NCBI GenBank assembly: GCA_009103225.1
Contig: RHPI01002823.1
Location: forward strand, 945,147-1,009,146
Source of the DNA: Chlorokybus atmophyticus
Taxonomy: Eukaryota > Plantae > Mesostigma and Chlorokybus algae
Direction of reading: 5' to 3'
Length of the DNA stretch: 64,000 nt
The notes under the pieces were generated by a model. That model did not search any database. It saw nothing but the letters and a program-made list of their open reading frames with translations, and was not told where the DNA came from. Every line of letters begins with the position of its first letter. Position 1 is the first letter of the stretch. Shown one piece after another: positions 23,851 to 40,402 of this stretch. Position numbers and translations under genes: made by a program.

Positions 23851-26800
23851 ATGAAGCAGAGGGCGTACCGTCGGAAGGCGGTGGATGGAGAGGGGGAGGG
23901 GGATGGTCGGGAGGATGGAGGGAAGGGGGAGGGGGAGGCGACCGCTCCCGCCCCCGCTTCTGCGGCCAAGACCAAGCAGGTCAAGGAGAAGCAGAAGGTG
24001 AAGCCCAGACTGTAATTGACCTTGTACTTGTATAAGCCTTGACTTACACGACATTCGGAACGTCAACGACATGCATGTTTACGGCATCCAACATGTTTCA
24101 TTTAGCGTTGACGTTGATGTCTACATTCAACGAATCTCATTCATTGTTGGTATCCAGACGTTGCGATTATCCATACTTGAATAAATCATAGGCACATACT
24201 CTATAGGACATAGTGTTAGTGCGTGCTTTATCACATCTTGTGCTTGTGTTTTGCAGTATACGTCCCTCGCTCTTTTAAGTTTACTTGGTTATCAACTGCG
24301 TGTAATTAGGCCTATCCTAGTCCAAGTAGGCAGCTTGCGTAGCACCATGCGTTGATCATGACGTTGAGAAGTGTCTCTGTCGACTGTGCTCTACTTGCTT
24401 AGCCAAGCGATGCACACGCACATGCGCATTGTACAGTAACACCAGCACAACAGCCATTTACGTAGTCAATCTGATGTTAACTTGGAGCTGTTATATTCTG
24501 TGCGCAAGCAGTCAAGCACAGCACAATATTATTTGTCGACTGCATTGGTCATTCTTGCATGCACGGAACAGGAGCATGCAAACAAGATTGTTCGTGGACG
24601 CACTCATGATCAGTAATGTGTTGTGCTGTACGTATGGCACAGCGCTTGTTACTGTTAAATGATCAACCTGATCACTCACATTCTTGTGTCTCGTGCATGT
24701 AACAGGATCGCCCGCAGCGTGCAGCAACACTCTTGTCTTTCGGCGACGAGGAGGATCACGCGCTTCACGTGCCGCCGCCATCCTCATCAATGCAGGGGGC
24801 GGGCAGAAGCAAGAAGTCATCTGCCGCGTCAGCCGTCCACACCGTCAACGGCCGCAAAGACCGCTCGGCGCCTGTCGACGTGGCACCGGTTGCGAGCGTC
24901 GTCTCCAACATACGCGCACAGGTTTGTAGTGTGCAACGATGTTGTGTGGGTGAGGGTGTGCATGCCTAATCCCTCGATGCGTGCACACACGCACACATTT
25001 GTGTATCAGTGCGCGTCAGTCCTACAAATGGTGTGAGTCAGCATTGCTTCTTGTGCACAATGTTTTGCGCATGTTGTGCAGCATGTGTGTTGTGCAACAT
25101 CTTCACATACACTCAGCATCCTTCTTGAAACTTTGCACTGCAGCCTGTAGTCCGGAGGAGGCACGTGTGCTGTTGTGCGTTGACATATCTCGTTGGTTAT
25201 ATGCACAACAGGCCGGCGAGTACACGGCAGAGAAGCTTGCAGAACTGGCCAAAAACGCGATCCGCGTCGGAGCGCCGGTGATCAAGCCTCTGTCGGCAGC
25301 CGAGCCGAACGCCATCCTCATCAAAGGAGGGTTCAAGCCCGCGGGATCGTCCTCGTTCGCTACGCCAACAGCCGTGCCTGTCAGGTGAGCTGGTGAGGAG
25401 CAAACAGTCCAGTGCGCTGGTAACATGCTGGTTGGTTGTGCCAGTTACTCTGCCACAACAATCCTGACTAGTTGCAGATTTTGCTTCTGTTTGCTGCGTG
25501 TGGTGTTTTGTTGCATAAGCATGTGCAGTGTTAACTAACAACGGGTCGTGCACACCCTGTGCAAAGAAACAGTGTGTACCAAAGTGTAATTATGCGTGAT
25601 ATGATAACCTCAGAATCACAGTCAATGATGGCATGCATTGCTTGCAGCATTACATGTGCATATTTCTGTCATTCAGGCCAACAATAGCAGAGCCCGCAGC
25701 AGAGCTGGACTCCGACGCCCTCTCCGCCGCATTGCCTCCTCCTCCTCGTCTCACGTCCGCCAGCGCCGCCGACGTTGTCGGCGGCATCCCGGACGCGGCC
25801 ACCATCGCGGCACTCAAAGCCAAAAGGGAACGGATGCGGGCGGCGGGAGGGGCAGCAGATTACATATCGTTGAGTGGACCGGGGAGGGGACTGCAGGACA
25901 GTGTAAGTCGGGAGGATGGTTAGAGTTGTTGGGGATCAGTGGTTTGGTCATGCAAAGACATGTGGCATGTGTGTTTGTCTGTGTACACGCATGCAAACAC
26001 AGAGCAGCTATTTGTCATAACGTGTGTACAAGTTGTCCATGTGTGCGCGTGCGCACGCGCGCGGGTGTGCAACGCAGTCTACTGCATTGTTGTTGTGCAT
26101 GCTCTCTCCATTGCGAGTGTTGTAACGCAAGCGCAGGTTTTGTATCGTTTTGTAACAAGTTGAATTTGACTTCAGGATCGGAAGAATGGCGAGGAGCTTG
26201 ACGACAGCGATGCCGAGGACCGCGAGGATGTGGTGCGCAGGCCGTTCGGCAAGGAGGCGTCGACGACTGCTGCTTCTTCTGCCATGAATGTCTCTGCTAT
26301 GGATGGCTCAAGTGGCGTACTCGAGGCTGAAGATGAAGACGAGGCGTGGGAGATGGAACAGATGCGGAAGGGTGTCGGACGAAGGCCAGGCAAGCATGAC
26401 TTTTGTGTTGTCACTGGCAATGTGCATATCACACATGAGACTGTCCACGCCATGCAACATTAGCATTAGTAGTTTGCGTTGGCAGTTTGCATGTAAGAAT
26501 GCTTTGGGTTGTTGGACATTGTGTGGTATTTTGTATTAGGTTGTTGTCATCAAATGTGTATTCTCTTGTTTTCAGCGGCAGCGCATGAGAATGGAGCGAG
26601 TGCGACCCCCGCTGTGGCAACCGCCTACGGCGCCAGCAACTTGACGGCTGCCGCCGCCAGGCGCCCCGCCGCTGCCAGCATCCAGGGCGAAGCCGTGCTG
26701 GACAACATGCGGCGCGGCCTCGCTCGTTTGCAGGTTAGTACTACTTGCTGCTAGTATTGTTCTGCTAGGACTGGTAGCTACCATAGTACTATTTGTTTTG

Positions 26801-29800
26801 TTGGATGCGGTACTACTAGTGGTAGTAGTGTTGTATATGCGCAGTAGCAGTAGCATTAGTAGTTGTTTTGATAGGTGTACTTGTGTTGTTGTTCTATGTT
26901 ACTCGTGATAGTTGTTGTTTCAGAAACAAAAGTTGTGTCCGCTGTCTCGCGTTCGGTTGAGTCCTTGCGGCCTCTTCTTGTTGTCACAAGTTGTTACGAA
27001 CTTATCAACTCAACGTGTCTCTACTGCTGAATGATAGGATACTCACAAGAGCGCAAAGGCTTCTCTGAAGCGCACGGAGGAGGGTCTCTCTGCCGCGATC
27101 GAAGCCGTGGACGCTCTCAACCTGTCCCTGAGCCAAGCGTCCGACAAGTACGTGTACGTGCAGGAGCTCAAGGCCTATATTGCGGACCTATGCGATTGCC
27201 TCAAGGTGAGCGTGCTTTGTTTGTTGATGCAATGATTGAATAGTGTTTGCAATTCGTGTTTGCTTAGTGTTTGCAATTCGTGTTCTGGTGCTTATCAGCA
27301 TGTGTGTGCGTGTGCCTGTAGGACAAAGCGCCGTTGGTCGAGGAGCTGGAGGAGCAGTTGCGCGTCGTTCACGAGGTAAGCATTGAGATATTGTTGCTGC
27401 CGTTGTGGCAACGTGTAGCATGTCTGCTCGTGTATCAACAGTTGTTTGTGACTGGTATAACCTGTCACACAACTTTAGTAGGAAATAGCGATTTCATAGG
27501 AATGGCATTAGTGACAGTAATGCTGCATTGCTCAGCAGCACACAAAGCACTGTGTGCTCTTGTCTCAAGCATGGTGCTACTCAAGTTTGGCATACCTGGC
27601 TGGTTGTTGCCTCATTCGCACGGGAACAGTACAACCAAACTCTCGTGTGACCGCACCTCATCGCAGGAGCGCGCACTGGCTCGCCTGCAGAGGCGCGCGG
27701 CGGACGAGGCGGAGGAGCTGGCGGAGGCAACCGCGGGCGCAGAGGCGGCCGTGTCGGCAACGGCTAGGGGCGCCAGCACCAGCGCGGCGGCGGCAGCTGC
27801 GGCAGGTAGGGAGAGGGGTATCCAGTGTGTAGATGTTGGTGTGTATGCCACGTTGTGGCATGTGTGCACCGACTGCTCTGCTTGGCTCATTGCATGCACC
27901 AAAGAAAGTGCTCTGTTTTGTCGTTTGTAGAGCAAGTTCATGCCTATCTTTTACCTTGAAGAGCGTGTGCTGTGTACGGATTTGCTGCGTGCGGCTGTTA
28001 TGTCTTATTCAAGGTCACACTTCCTTCAATTGCATGGTGGCCTTACATAAGGTGTTGCTGTGTTGTTGTCGCAGCCTCGGCAGCAGTGCTCTCTATGAAC
28101 GACAACCTCCCGCCTGAGCTTGACGAGTTCGGCCGCGATCTCAACCTGCAGCGGCGGCAAGAGCTGCAGCGCCGTCGGGTCGCGAGGCTCCGGCGACGGG
28201 AGCGAAGCCGGCTGCGGCGCCAGCCAGAGGTTTGCAAACTGTGTATGATGTTAAAACTTGTTGTTCTTAGGTCTGATGCGTTGTGTCACAGGTGCAGACT
28301 GCGAATGGTGGGGTAACTCTGCGGTGGGAAGGGGAGTCTAGTAGTGAAGAGAGTGAGGGTGAAGTGGAGGCCTTCAACTCCACACGAAAAGAAGTGCTCA
28401 GCACAAGCAGACTGGTGTTCAGGTACTTGTGCGTGCACATGTGTGTATTCGTGGTATAGTCGCCACTCTTTTCTGCATGCATCTGGGGTTGCTTGTGAAC
28501 GCACAGACGACTTATGATGGCATGTGTGTCTGTAGTGATGCGGCAGATGAGTTTGGCCGCTTGCCCGTTATCAAGCGCAAGTTGGAGGCTTGGAAGTGCG
28601 CATACCCGCAGACATACCGAGACGCGTACGCATCAATGTCCGTGCCAACAATATTCTCCCCCTTTGTGCGCGTGGAACTGTTGAGTTGGTCGCCGATACA
28701 TGACAGCACTAAGGGCCCACCTGGCTTTGACCACATGGAGTGGTACAAAGAGTTGTTCGATTATGGGCTTCATACAGAAGGCGCGGCCAAACCGGATCCG
28801 GACGACGCGGATTCCGAACTGGTTCCACATCTGGTGGAGCATATCGCCGTGCCTGCAATATCGTACGTGGTGGAGAAGTGTTGGGACCCGCGCAGCGTGT
28901 CTCAGAGCGAGGCGGTGTCCGCCGCCGTCAAAGAGCTCCTGATCTATGTTCCTGCAGAGAGCGACGCTATGCAGGAGGTGCTCAACATGGTCAGGTCACG
29001 CCTCACGCAGACCATTGCCGAGTTTGTGCTGCCGGCATGGCCACCCGCCGCACTCGCCGCATCGCCGACAGCTGGCGCCCTGTCTGCGCGGCGCTTCGGC
29101 AACGCACTCAAACTGCTGCGATCGCTGCTGCTGTGGGAGGTACACAACCTCTGTTCTGTTCTGCAACGCTGGTATTGTGATGGCATGTTTGGTTGCATAT
29201 TAGAGTGAGTCTCTTTGTGCCCTTCCATGACGATCCTGGCGTGCACAACGCTATTGCAAAACCAGTGCAACAGCATTTGCTTTGTCTTCTTGCTCTCTTA
29301 CATGTGACGTCTGGGCTGCATACAGACATAACACCACACGCGCGCACATGCGCACACACACATGTCCATTGCAATGCAAACCACTTGCATGCAGGCAATA
29401 TGCCTCAAGCCTTCTGTACACACACGCACGCATGGGTACTCATATACCTACTATGTTACCCTCATGTCAACCTTCACTGGTGCAGGAGGTGCTCGCTGAG
29501 TCAATGCTCCGTACCCTCCTGCTGCACTCTCTCTTGTCAAGTAAAATGATCCCGCACTTGCGAGCGTTCCTTCCCGCCGCGCCCGCGGACGCCCTCTCTC
29601 GCGCTGAGCGTGTTGCGGCTGCGATATCCATCCAGAGGTGGTTTGCCGATGCCAACGCACAGCCACTTTTGGCACCCTTCGCGGAGTTCCTGGCTGCTCT
29701 GGCCAAGTGTCTTGAACACCGACAGGTATTGTGTTGGATCTGGTGTGGTGTGTTGGTGTGTTATTCAAAGAGACACATAACATAGTTGCTGACGTGATGC

Positions 29801-29928
29801 GGTTTGTACAGGAGAGGGGAGCTGGGGAGGCTCAGGGGATGGCCAGGAGGTTGATGAAGTTGTTGACAGCAGCTCAGGACCACGATAGAGCAAAGAGGCT
29901 TGGCAGGGTTTTTGGCATTAGTGATTGA
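23851..29928 (+). CDS. ILP1: GC-rich sequence DNA-binding factor / PAXBP1-GCFC2 family spliceosome-disassembly factor (ILP1/NTR2-like)
   Basis: Spliced motifs EDEDEAWEMEQMRKGVGRR, KYVYVQELKAYIADLCDCL-KDKAPLVEELE, LDEFGRDLNLQ and YRDAYASMSVPTIFSPFVRVELLSWSP (GCFC domain); stop at ...RVFGISD*. Confidence 0.88.
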
Positions 29929-30375
29929 TGTTTCGTAGATGCTTTGCTACCAGAACCGAACCCGGTGTTCAGAGTGCAAGGTGCATTGGCTTAAGTAGTG
30001 CAGAGGTAGTGTTTTCAATGCCTGTGCCTTCTCCTTGGAGTTTGAAGTTTGCACTGTGACTGGTGCTTATGTCTGCCGAGCCTTCTGTGATGACGCTTTA
30101 CACGCAGTACACTTGCCTGCTAGCAACATCACAAATGGTGGTCAACAGCATACACCATGAGTGGCACAGTTGATGAATAAAATACATCAATGCTGCACAT
30201 CAGTCAACCTTCGCAGTTCTGCCGCTGCAACAGGCATTCCAGCTCCCAGCCCAGGTCAAAGCTACAAAGCTACAAACTCAAGTTATCTACAACGACCAGT
30301 GCAACAGCTAGTGGCATGGCCCGCCCAAACAATAAGCAACACTATGATCGAACACACATACTCAATGCTCTACCC

Positions 30376-32442
30376 CTAATCAGACTTCTCATTCGCTGTA
30401 CTTGACACACCACCCTGTTGAGAGTTGTGTAACCGCCGGTGATGTAAATGTTGTCTTATAGCCCAAGCTGGCAAGAAGATCACAAACGCAGCCCCAACCA
30501 TCCCCCACGCAACTAGCACGTGTTTGGGCCATGGCTGCGGAAACTCTCCGCGCCCAAACTTGAATTCAACTAGTATTTCGGCAATGATGATCGCAAACGC
30601 CATCCATGCGTAGGGACCCATCTTGTGGGCCACGCCCTCATCGGCGTCAATAAAGTGGTAGTACTCGAACACGGCGGGAAGAGCGATGAGGAACCAAAGC
30701 GAGAGCCTCGCCGTGTTCAAGTAGTTGCGAGGAGGAACCCATAGCAGACCCTTGAGGAAGAAGCAGTTCACCTCGCACGCTTCAATGAGCAGCAGCAAAA
30801 ATAACACCTGCTCAAGCAAACCACTTGTCATGTTATGACTTCAGCTAATGAGAATTACACACCCAAAAAAAACACGCATACCAGCAACAGCAACAGAAAG
30901 GTTGATTTAGCAACTGACTTCCTACAATCTTGTTGCCAACGGTGCAGCATGCAATGTTTGTGTGAAAAACTGTGGAGCAGATTGTGACATGTTGCGTATG
31001 CACCTGTATGAAGCGGCGAGGGCCATCCAGTGCTCGCCAGGAGTAGCGATCCCACGTGGCGGGCGTAAACTGATCCAACCCGCGCTGCAGCAGGGAAAGC
31101 TGCTGCTTCCTCCTCCTCCCTCTCTTCCCCTCCCACGCGTACGTGGTCATCTCAAAGTGGCGCACGGTGCGCATCCCAAGCCAGATGCCCAACGCATTGC
31201 ACAGCGCAAAGTCCAGCAGCCAGCTGTCCCACCAGCACTCGTTGAAGTTGGGCAACATGTGCTGGAAGGTCTTCTCCAGCAGCTCGAACAGGATGGACAT
31301 GACCCAAAGTAACCGCGTATTACGTATGATCAGCGCCTTCCCCCACCAACCCAACAAGTGCGCGACAACAAACTCGTCCAACACCGTGTTGCGGATGTTG
31401 GCAAATGGGTGGTCTTTCTCCGGCGTGTACACCCTGCAATCATCCCCATACGCGCGCTCGGGGAGAGCCACACCGAGCTCGGGTGAGAGGTTGCGCATGA
31501 ACAAACGCGCATCATCCACTGTTTGAAAGAGTAGATACACGAGGAATAGAAGATACACCACGCTGGCACCGTGCACGAAGCGCCACACTGCCGGGTGCGG
31601 CCTCTTCAAAGCCCTGCGCATGCATATTATATTGTAGCTCTACCAGCAGCTAAACGATGATTAATTAACTGAATGGCTGCCTTACGTATCGGGGGCTTGA
31701 AGAAGGGAGTAGCCGAGGTACACTGCGATCATGGCCAGCACGCCACTGCACAAGAGTTAGCACACAGTTTAGCAACAGCTTAACAAAGCCACGACTCTAC
31801 AACTCTACTGTTCAACAATTGTGGTGTTTGCTAAGCGACCTTGTTGCCGCTACTGCTATAGTACTTGTATGTATGACATTGGTGATGCTTTGCATACACG
31901 TTGTCCAGTTGCCAGTAGTACCAAGCCACGCATGCAGGACTTGACACATGACCAGGATGGCAAACCCTGGCTCGAGTTGCTCTACTGAGAAAGAAGCCCA
32001 TGCCACAGAAGCAGCAGAGCATTGTGAGTGACAGCACTGTACATGTACACATGCAACATGCATTGCATGCTTCCTAGCATGCACGATATATGCTGCATGT
32101 TGCTTTAAGCTGATCATTTAGCATGTCACGAAAGCAGATTTCACATACACCGCTAACAGTCAGACACGCTAAGCTAGCTCACTCTCTGGCGTTGCGTGCG
32201 GCGAGTCCCTCCGCGTCAGCTTCGCGGCGGTTATCGAGCGGCTCTAGCGCCCCGCTCGCCCACACCAGCAGCAACGACCCCGCCACGAGCGCCCGGACCG
32301 TGCGGGGGCGGTAGAACAGCGCCGCCCAGTGGTCATTGCTGCCGCCGTTAGGGGACGCTAACTCAGCCGGCGACAACGTGCCCCCATTCGCCTCCACACC
32401 TGGCGCAACCCCTACCCCAACCTTTTCCCCCTCCCTCTCCAT
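30376..32442 (-). CDS. PSS1: Phosphatidylserine synthase (base-exchange, PSS1/PSS2 type), 4 exons
   Basis: [65 protein letters not shown] and ELNCFFLK-like [15 protein letters not shown] motifs; multiple transmembrane segments. Confidence 0.92.
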
Positions 32443-32816
32443 CCCCCTGACGCTACCCCCGAGCCGGCTCTCGCCGCCTCCCCGGCCCCCGCCGCCGCCG
32501 CCGCCGCCGCCGCCACTAAGTGCCACGTGGCGCAAACGTCTATGTCAGCATGGTCAGATCCAAAAATCAAACTGCGCGGGAAAAATGCGAAAGCGATGCT
32601 GATCCTTCTTGTGCTCTCAATGCACAAGAAGTGCGCAGACGCACAAGCTTCCCCGCCCCGTGCCTTGAACGCATCCGGCACACGCTGCGGCGATTGCGGA
32701 AGATGGATGGGTCTCTTCCGGAAGCTTGGTACCGCCTCCTCTAACGGGCAAACATTCCGTGGACGATATCCACTAGCGGAGTGTCGGCATTGTTGGTGTA
32801 GGCGACGTTGGCGACA

Positions 32817-34171
32817 ATGGCGGCGGCAACGGCGGCGGCGGTGCGGGTGGCAGGCGTGGCTGGGATGGTGCGGGCGCAGCAGGACGGGACTAGGGCGCCT
32901 GCGGCGCAACCGGAGAGTTCCCCCACACAGCATGCTGCAGGGAAGCCTGCGGTGCTGGCTGCGGGGAGGGAAGTGCGGTGGCAGGGCTATCTGTCCGCCA
33001 CTGTCGCTGTCGCTGCTGCCGCCGCTGCTGGAGCGAGTCCTGCAGCGGCGGCGGAGGCGGCTCAGGCTGTATTGGAGTGCCAGCCTAACATCCCGCTGGA
33101 GGCTCTGGCGGTGGTGTTCACCGCCGTAGGGTTCATTGGCGCCGGCGTAGGCGGTGAGTGAAGCAGCTGGCCAGAGTAGGGTTAGGGTTTGTGTATGCTG
33201 TAGCGTTGCGTACATTGCTCGTACTCTTGCAATGTAAGCCTCTGGGCAACATGCGTGTGCTGAGTTTTGCATGTCATAGGCACGCTCGCAAGGCAGCGCA
33301 AGGCAGAGGTTGAACGCGTCAACGCACAGCTGCGGCAGATCAACCTGCAGGTCAGCAGCATGCACAGCCTTAATCTGTACCTTTCTTATCTTGTCGATTG
33401 TCACAGCTTGTTTGATGCTGAGCTTCTATTTCTTGCTTCTATTACTAACTTGCGCTGTTTCACGGGTTGTTTGGTTAGACCACGTTTAAGTGTCGACCAT
33501 TGCAATGCAAGTGCTGCAAAACTCTTTCAGTTTAACAACTTCGTTGCTTCAGCTCCGGCGGCAAGCGCGTGTAGAGGCCTATGCTCCTACCTTATCTTAT
33601 GCGCCGCCACCCCCGCCACAAGCTCTCGCACAACCCGCACGCGAAACAACATCTGGTGTAGCGCTCGCAGATGCGCCAGTGGACACTGAGTTGGTGCGTG
33701 CCTCATCCTTAGCACTCAACGAGTCCGCTTTGACCTCTCTGTTGAGTCCTGTCTGGTGTGTCACTGCAGTGTAACTGATTCTTGTCTGATTCTTGTCTTC
33801 ACCAGGCTGCAATGCGCGCATGCCTCAAAGCAGGCAGGCAAGCGCTTAAAGAAGAAGATGGAAGGGAAGCTTTCAGGCAGTTCAATGAGGCGCTGCCGAT
33901 GGCGCAGAAGTTGGGCAACAAAGTTGCAGAAAGGCGTGCGCGCAGAGGGCTTGGAGCAGCTGCCATGTTGTTGAAAAACCCGCGGCTCGGCATTCAGTTT
34001 GAACTTGATGTGCTGCGCCTCTCCAACGAGCTCGACGATCATACTGGCGACTCAGACGCTTATGGCGCCATTGCTGACATGTACACTGAGCTAAATGACC
34101 TGGAGAACGCCGCAAAGTATTATGACCTGTACATAAAGACGATGGCCGATACCGATGCGGGCTTTGACTGA
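32817..34171 (+). CDS. FLU: FLUORESCENT IN BLUE LIGHT-like TPR protein (feedback regulator of tetrapyrrole synthesis)
   Basis: Transit peptide and a TM helix, then LARQRKAEVERVNAQLRQINLQLRRQARVEAYAPTLSYAP and C-terminal TPRs ending AYGAIADMYTELNDLENAAKYYDLYI. Confidence 0.9.
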
Positions 34172-35654
34172 TGTCACCTGGAAACTTAACTGCCGGTACC
34201 GGTAGGCAGCTACTGGTAGTCATCAACTTTTGATGCAGAATAGCGTAGCTTGGCGATGTAAGCAACCCTGGCTTATTTAATAGTACTGCAGCTGTTGCGC
34301 GTGTTTGCCTAGCCATAGTAGTTAATGGAGTCCAATGAAGGGAACATGTCATCTCAAATCTTGTTGATGGGTACTAGCCTGGGGTGCTACCATGTGCAAC
34401 TGCGGGAATAAGTCCGATTTGTGTGCATAGGACCGACTGACCGACTGACTGCATTTGCAACAAACAAACAGTGTGGTGCATGGTGTACAACATGTATGCA
34501 GGGATTGCGGCAGGCATGAGAGTGTGACACACTCGCAAGCAGTCAGCACACTACACCATTACACTTACATGTGTACATGATATATGATGTGCTATTATAG
34601 GCACACGCATGCAATGCATCACAACCATTCAAGCATTACATGCACACTATCATACATTTCACCGTTGTTACCACCGGGTTAATCTACTGCATCAACTGTG
34701 TTGGTGGTTGGGTGCAGGTGTAGTACAGAAAATGCGAAAATGAGAGGGGTATGCCTATTCAGACCACACCATGCATGCAACACTATGCAAAACACACTCA
34801 CCTCGTTGCTACATACACGACCACCGGGCTACCTACTCTACTCCTACACCTACATCCACGCCCCCCTGGTAGTCATGCATGCACATGTTGCAATCGTGGT
34901 TACCTGCACCAGCGCCACCAATGTTTGTGAGGCAATTACAGGAAAAGCAAGGCAAACGCAATAGCTGGCTGGGCCCCCCTGCAGGTTCGACATTAAACCA
35001 AAGAAGCAGCAACGGCGCTTCACCTTCACAAAAGCGTGTCCTGCGTGTTGTGTACAATGAGCCAGATGCCGTTGGCAACTGGTTAGGGCGGCCGCCACGG
35101 CCTCTAGTAATCTAGGCTTTATGTATATGTGCATGGGCACAGGGGCCTGGTGCAAATGAGTGCGAGCTGCATGTTATGCGTGATGCTACTATCTTCCACA
35201 TTGTGGCTGGTGTTATGCATGATAAAATACATTCCGCGTAATCGATTTGCATGTCTGCAGGTGGTACCTTGTCCCTTGCCATCTGTCTGCCTTTGCCCTA
35301 CGGTTGCTGTGCCTTGCTGCTGCTGCCTTAGGGTCATATCGTTCACCAGTCTAGCTATGTACAAGCTCTACTTGGGCCCCCGTATAATTCGTTGCAGTGC
35401 TTGTTGTGGCTGTGCACGTGTGTGTGAAGTGTGCTCTTTGCATGGCCCCCCCTTTCGCTTAGGGAGTTTGCTTTTGGAAACTCTTGTGAAAGTTATGTGC
35501 ATGCGCTTGTATGGGTGCATGTTGATGTTCATGTGATTCCCCGAGCTCTTATCCAGCGCCTGCACATACATGCTACGACTTTATAAAATGAAGACACCTA
35601 TTGAACAGTTACGTGCATGCAAGTCATCAAATCAATAATTGATAACATTTGTAA

Positions 35655-36452
35655 AAGGTGGACGCGCATGCCTTCATACAAGCCATGAGCACATGTGTGA
35701 TCACTTTTATTGACCATAAGGCCATTATGTGCATGATGTCTTTGTATACGTGTATAACTACATCTTGTCCTCATCAATGTCCTTGAAAACTTCACCACGT
35801 ACGCATTCCATGGTAGAAAGCCTAAAAATTTAATATATTAACTTGGGTGCAGTGTAGCATGTATTAAATAATCATGTGCGCCACATCGCTCCTGCAAGTA
35901 ATGCTATGATTTAAAGATATGAGGACTCATGAATTAATAACGTGCATGCATCAAATTATAGCCAAGTGAGTGGTAAACACTTTTGCCATTGTCGGCAGAT
36001 TCAATTATGGACAACACACACACAAATAATAATAACCCTCGTTGATATGATTCTTAAAAAAACGGTAATATAGCGTCAAAAAGCTAGACATCATAACAAG
36101 ACTCGTAAATAGTAGATGTGCATGCCTTCATGTAAGCCATGAGCACATTGGTAATCACTTTTATAGCCCATCAGGCCATGATGTGCATGACGTCTTTGAA
36201 TAGGTTTACCCTCGTCTTTGGTCCTCATCAAGGTATCACCAACTTGACAAGGTGGCAAGTCTCGTGGGAAGGCGGACGCATCCGTGGCAAAAGATCTTAA
36301 GCTTCATCAACAACTTCATGCATGTGCATGAGGTCTTGATGTGCATGAGGTCCTCATCCATGAGCCTCTCACCAACTTGACAAGATGGCAAGTCTCGTGG
36401 GAAGGCGAACGCATCCGTGGCAAAAGACCTTAAGCTTCATTAACAACTTCAT
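35655..36452. repeat. Two sets of degenerate direct repeats in an AT-rich intergenic island
   Basis: ~35665-35780 resembles ~36120-36230; ~36237-36322 closely matches ~36369-36452. Confidence 0.75.
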
Positions 36453-36563
36453 GCCGGTGCATTGTTGTAGCCTATCTGAGGTCATCATGTGCGCCACAGC
36501 GACGATCAAAACTGCAAAATGTCTGGTTGCGGTGCCCGCGGTTAGCGGGGGGTGTATCCTGAG

Positions 36564-36635
36564 GGGGTCACCCGCGAATCGAACGCGGGACCTCCTGCAC
36601 CCGAAGCAGGAATCATACCACTAGACCAGTGACCC
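36564..36635 (-). tRNA. trnP-CGG: tRNA-Pro (anticodon CGG), intronless
   Basis: GGGTCAC/GTGACCC acceptor stem, D arm TGGTCTAGTGGTATGA, anticodon arm CCTGC-TTCGGGT-GCAGG, T loop GTTCGAT; upstream CAA and a TATA-rich tract as in plant tRNA genes. Confidence 0.96.
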
Positions 36636-36881
36636 AGTTGATGCTGAACAACGTAGATATAATATATATATAATTGTACATTGCAGTAAAAGTTCTAGAA
36701 CCTCAGTGCTGACGTTGAGCGGCGGCGGTGGTGCTGGCGGCGGGGGAGCGTTGTTGTCGTCGGTGGTGCTGGCGGCGGCGGTGGCGCTGGCATTATCAGC
36801 AGGCGCGATCTTTCTTCATATTGTAGGGTTGGATAGGCGAGCCTCCTGCTGATTGGAGCGCCCTCTCTACAATAAGCGGCA

Positions 36882-40402
<3,521 letters not shown>

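Noticed and set aside
27241-27284. 24-bp tandem duplication in an ILP1 intron, and a TAG-rich tract at ~26735-26870
   Set aside because: Ordinary intronic slippage repeats with no sign of function.
32412-33404. 330-aa minus-strand ORF and other long GC-rich ORFs overlapping gene starts
   Set aside because: Antisense shadows of the GC-rich FLU, PSS, ILP1 and G6PD first exons; no recognisable motifs.
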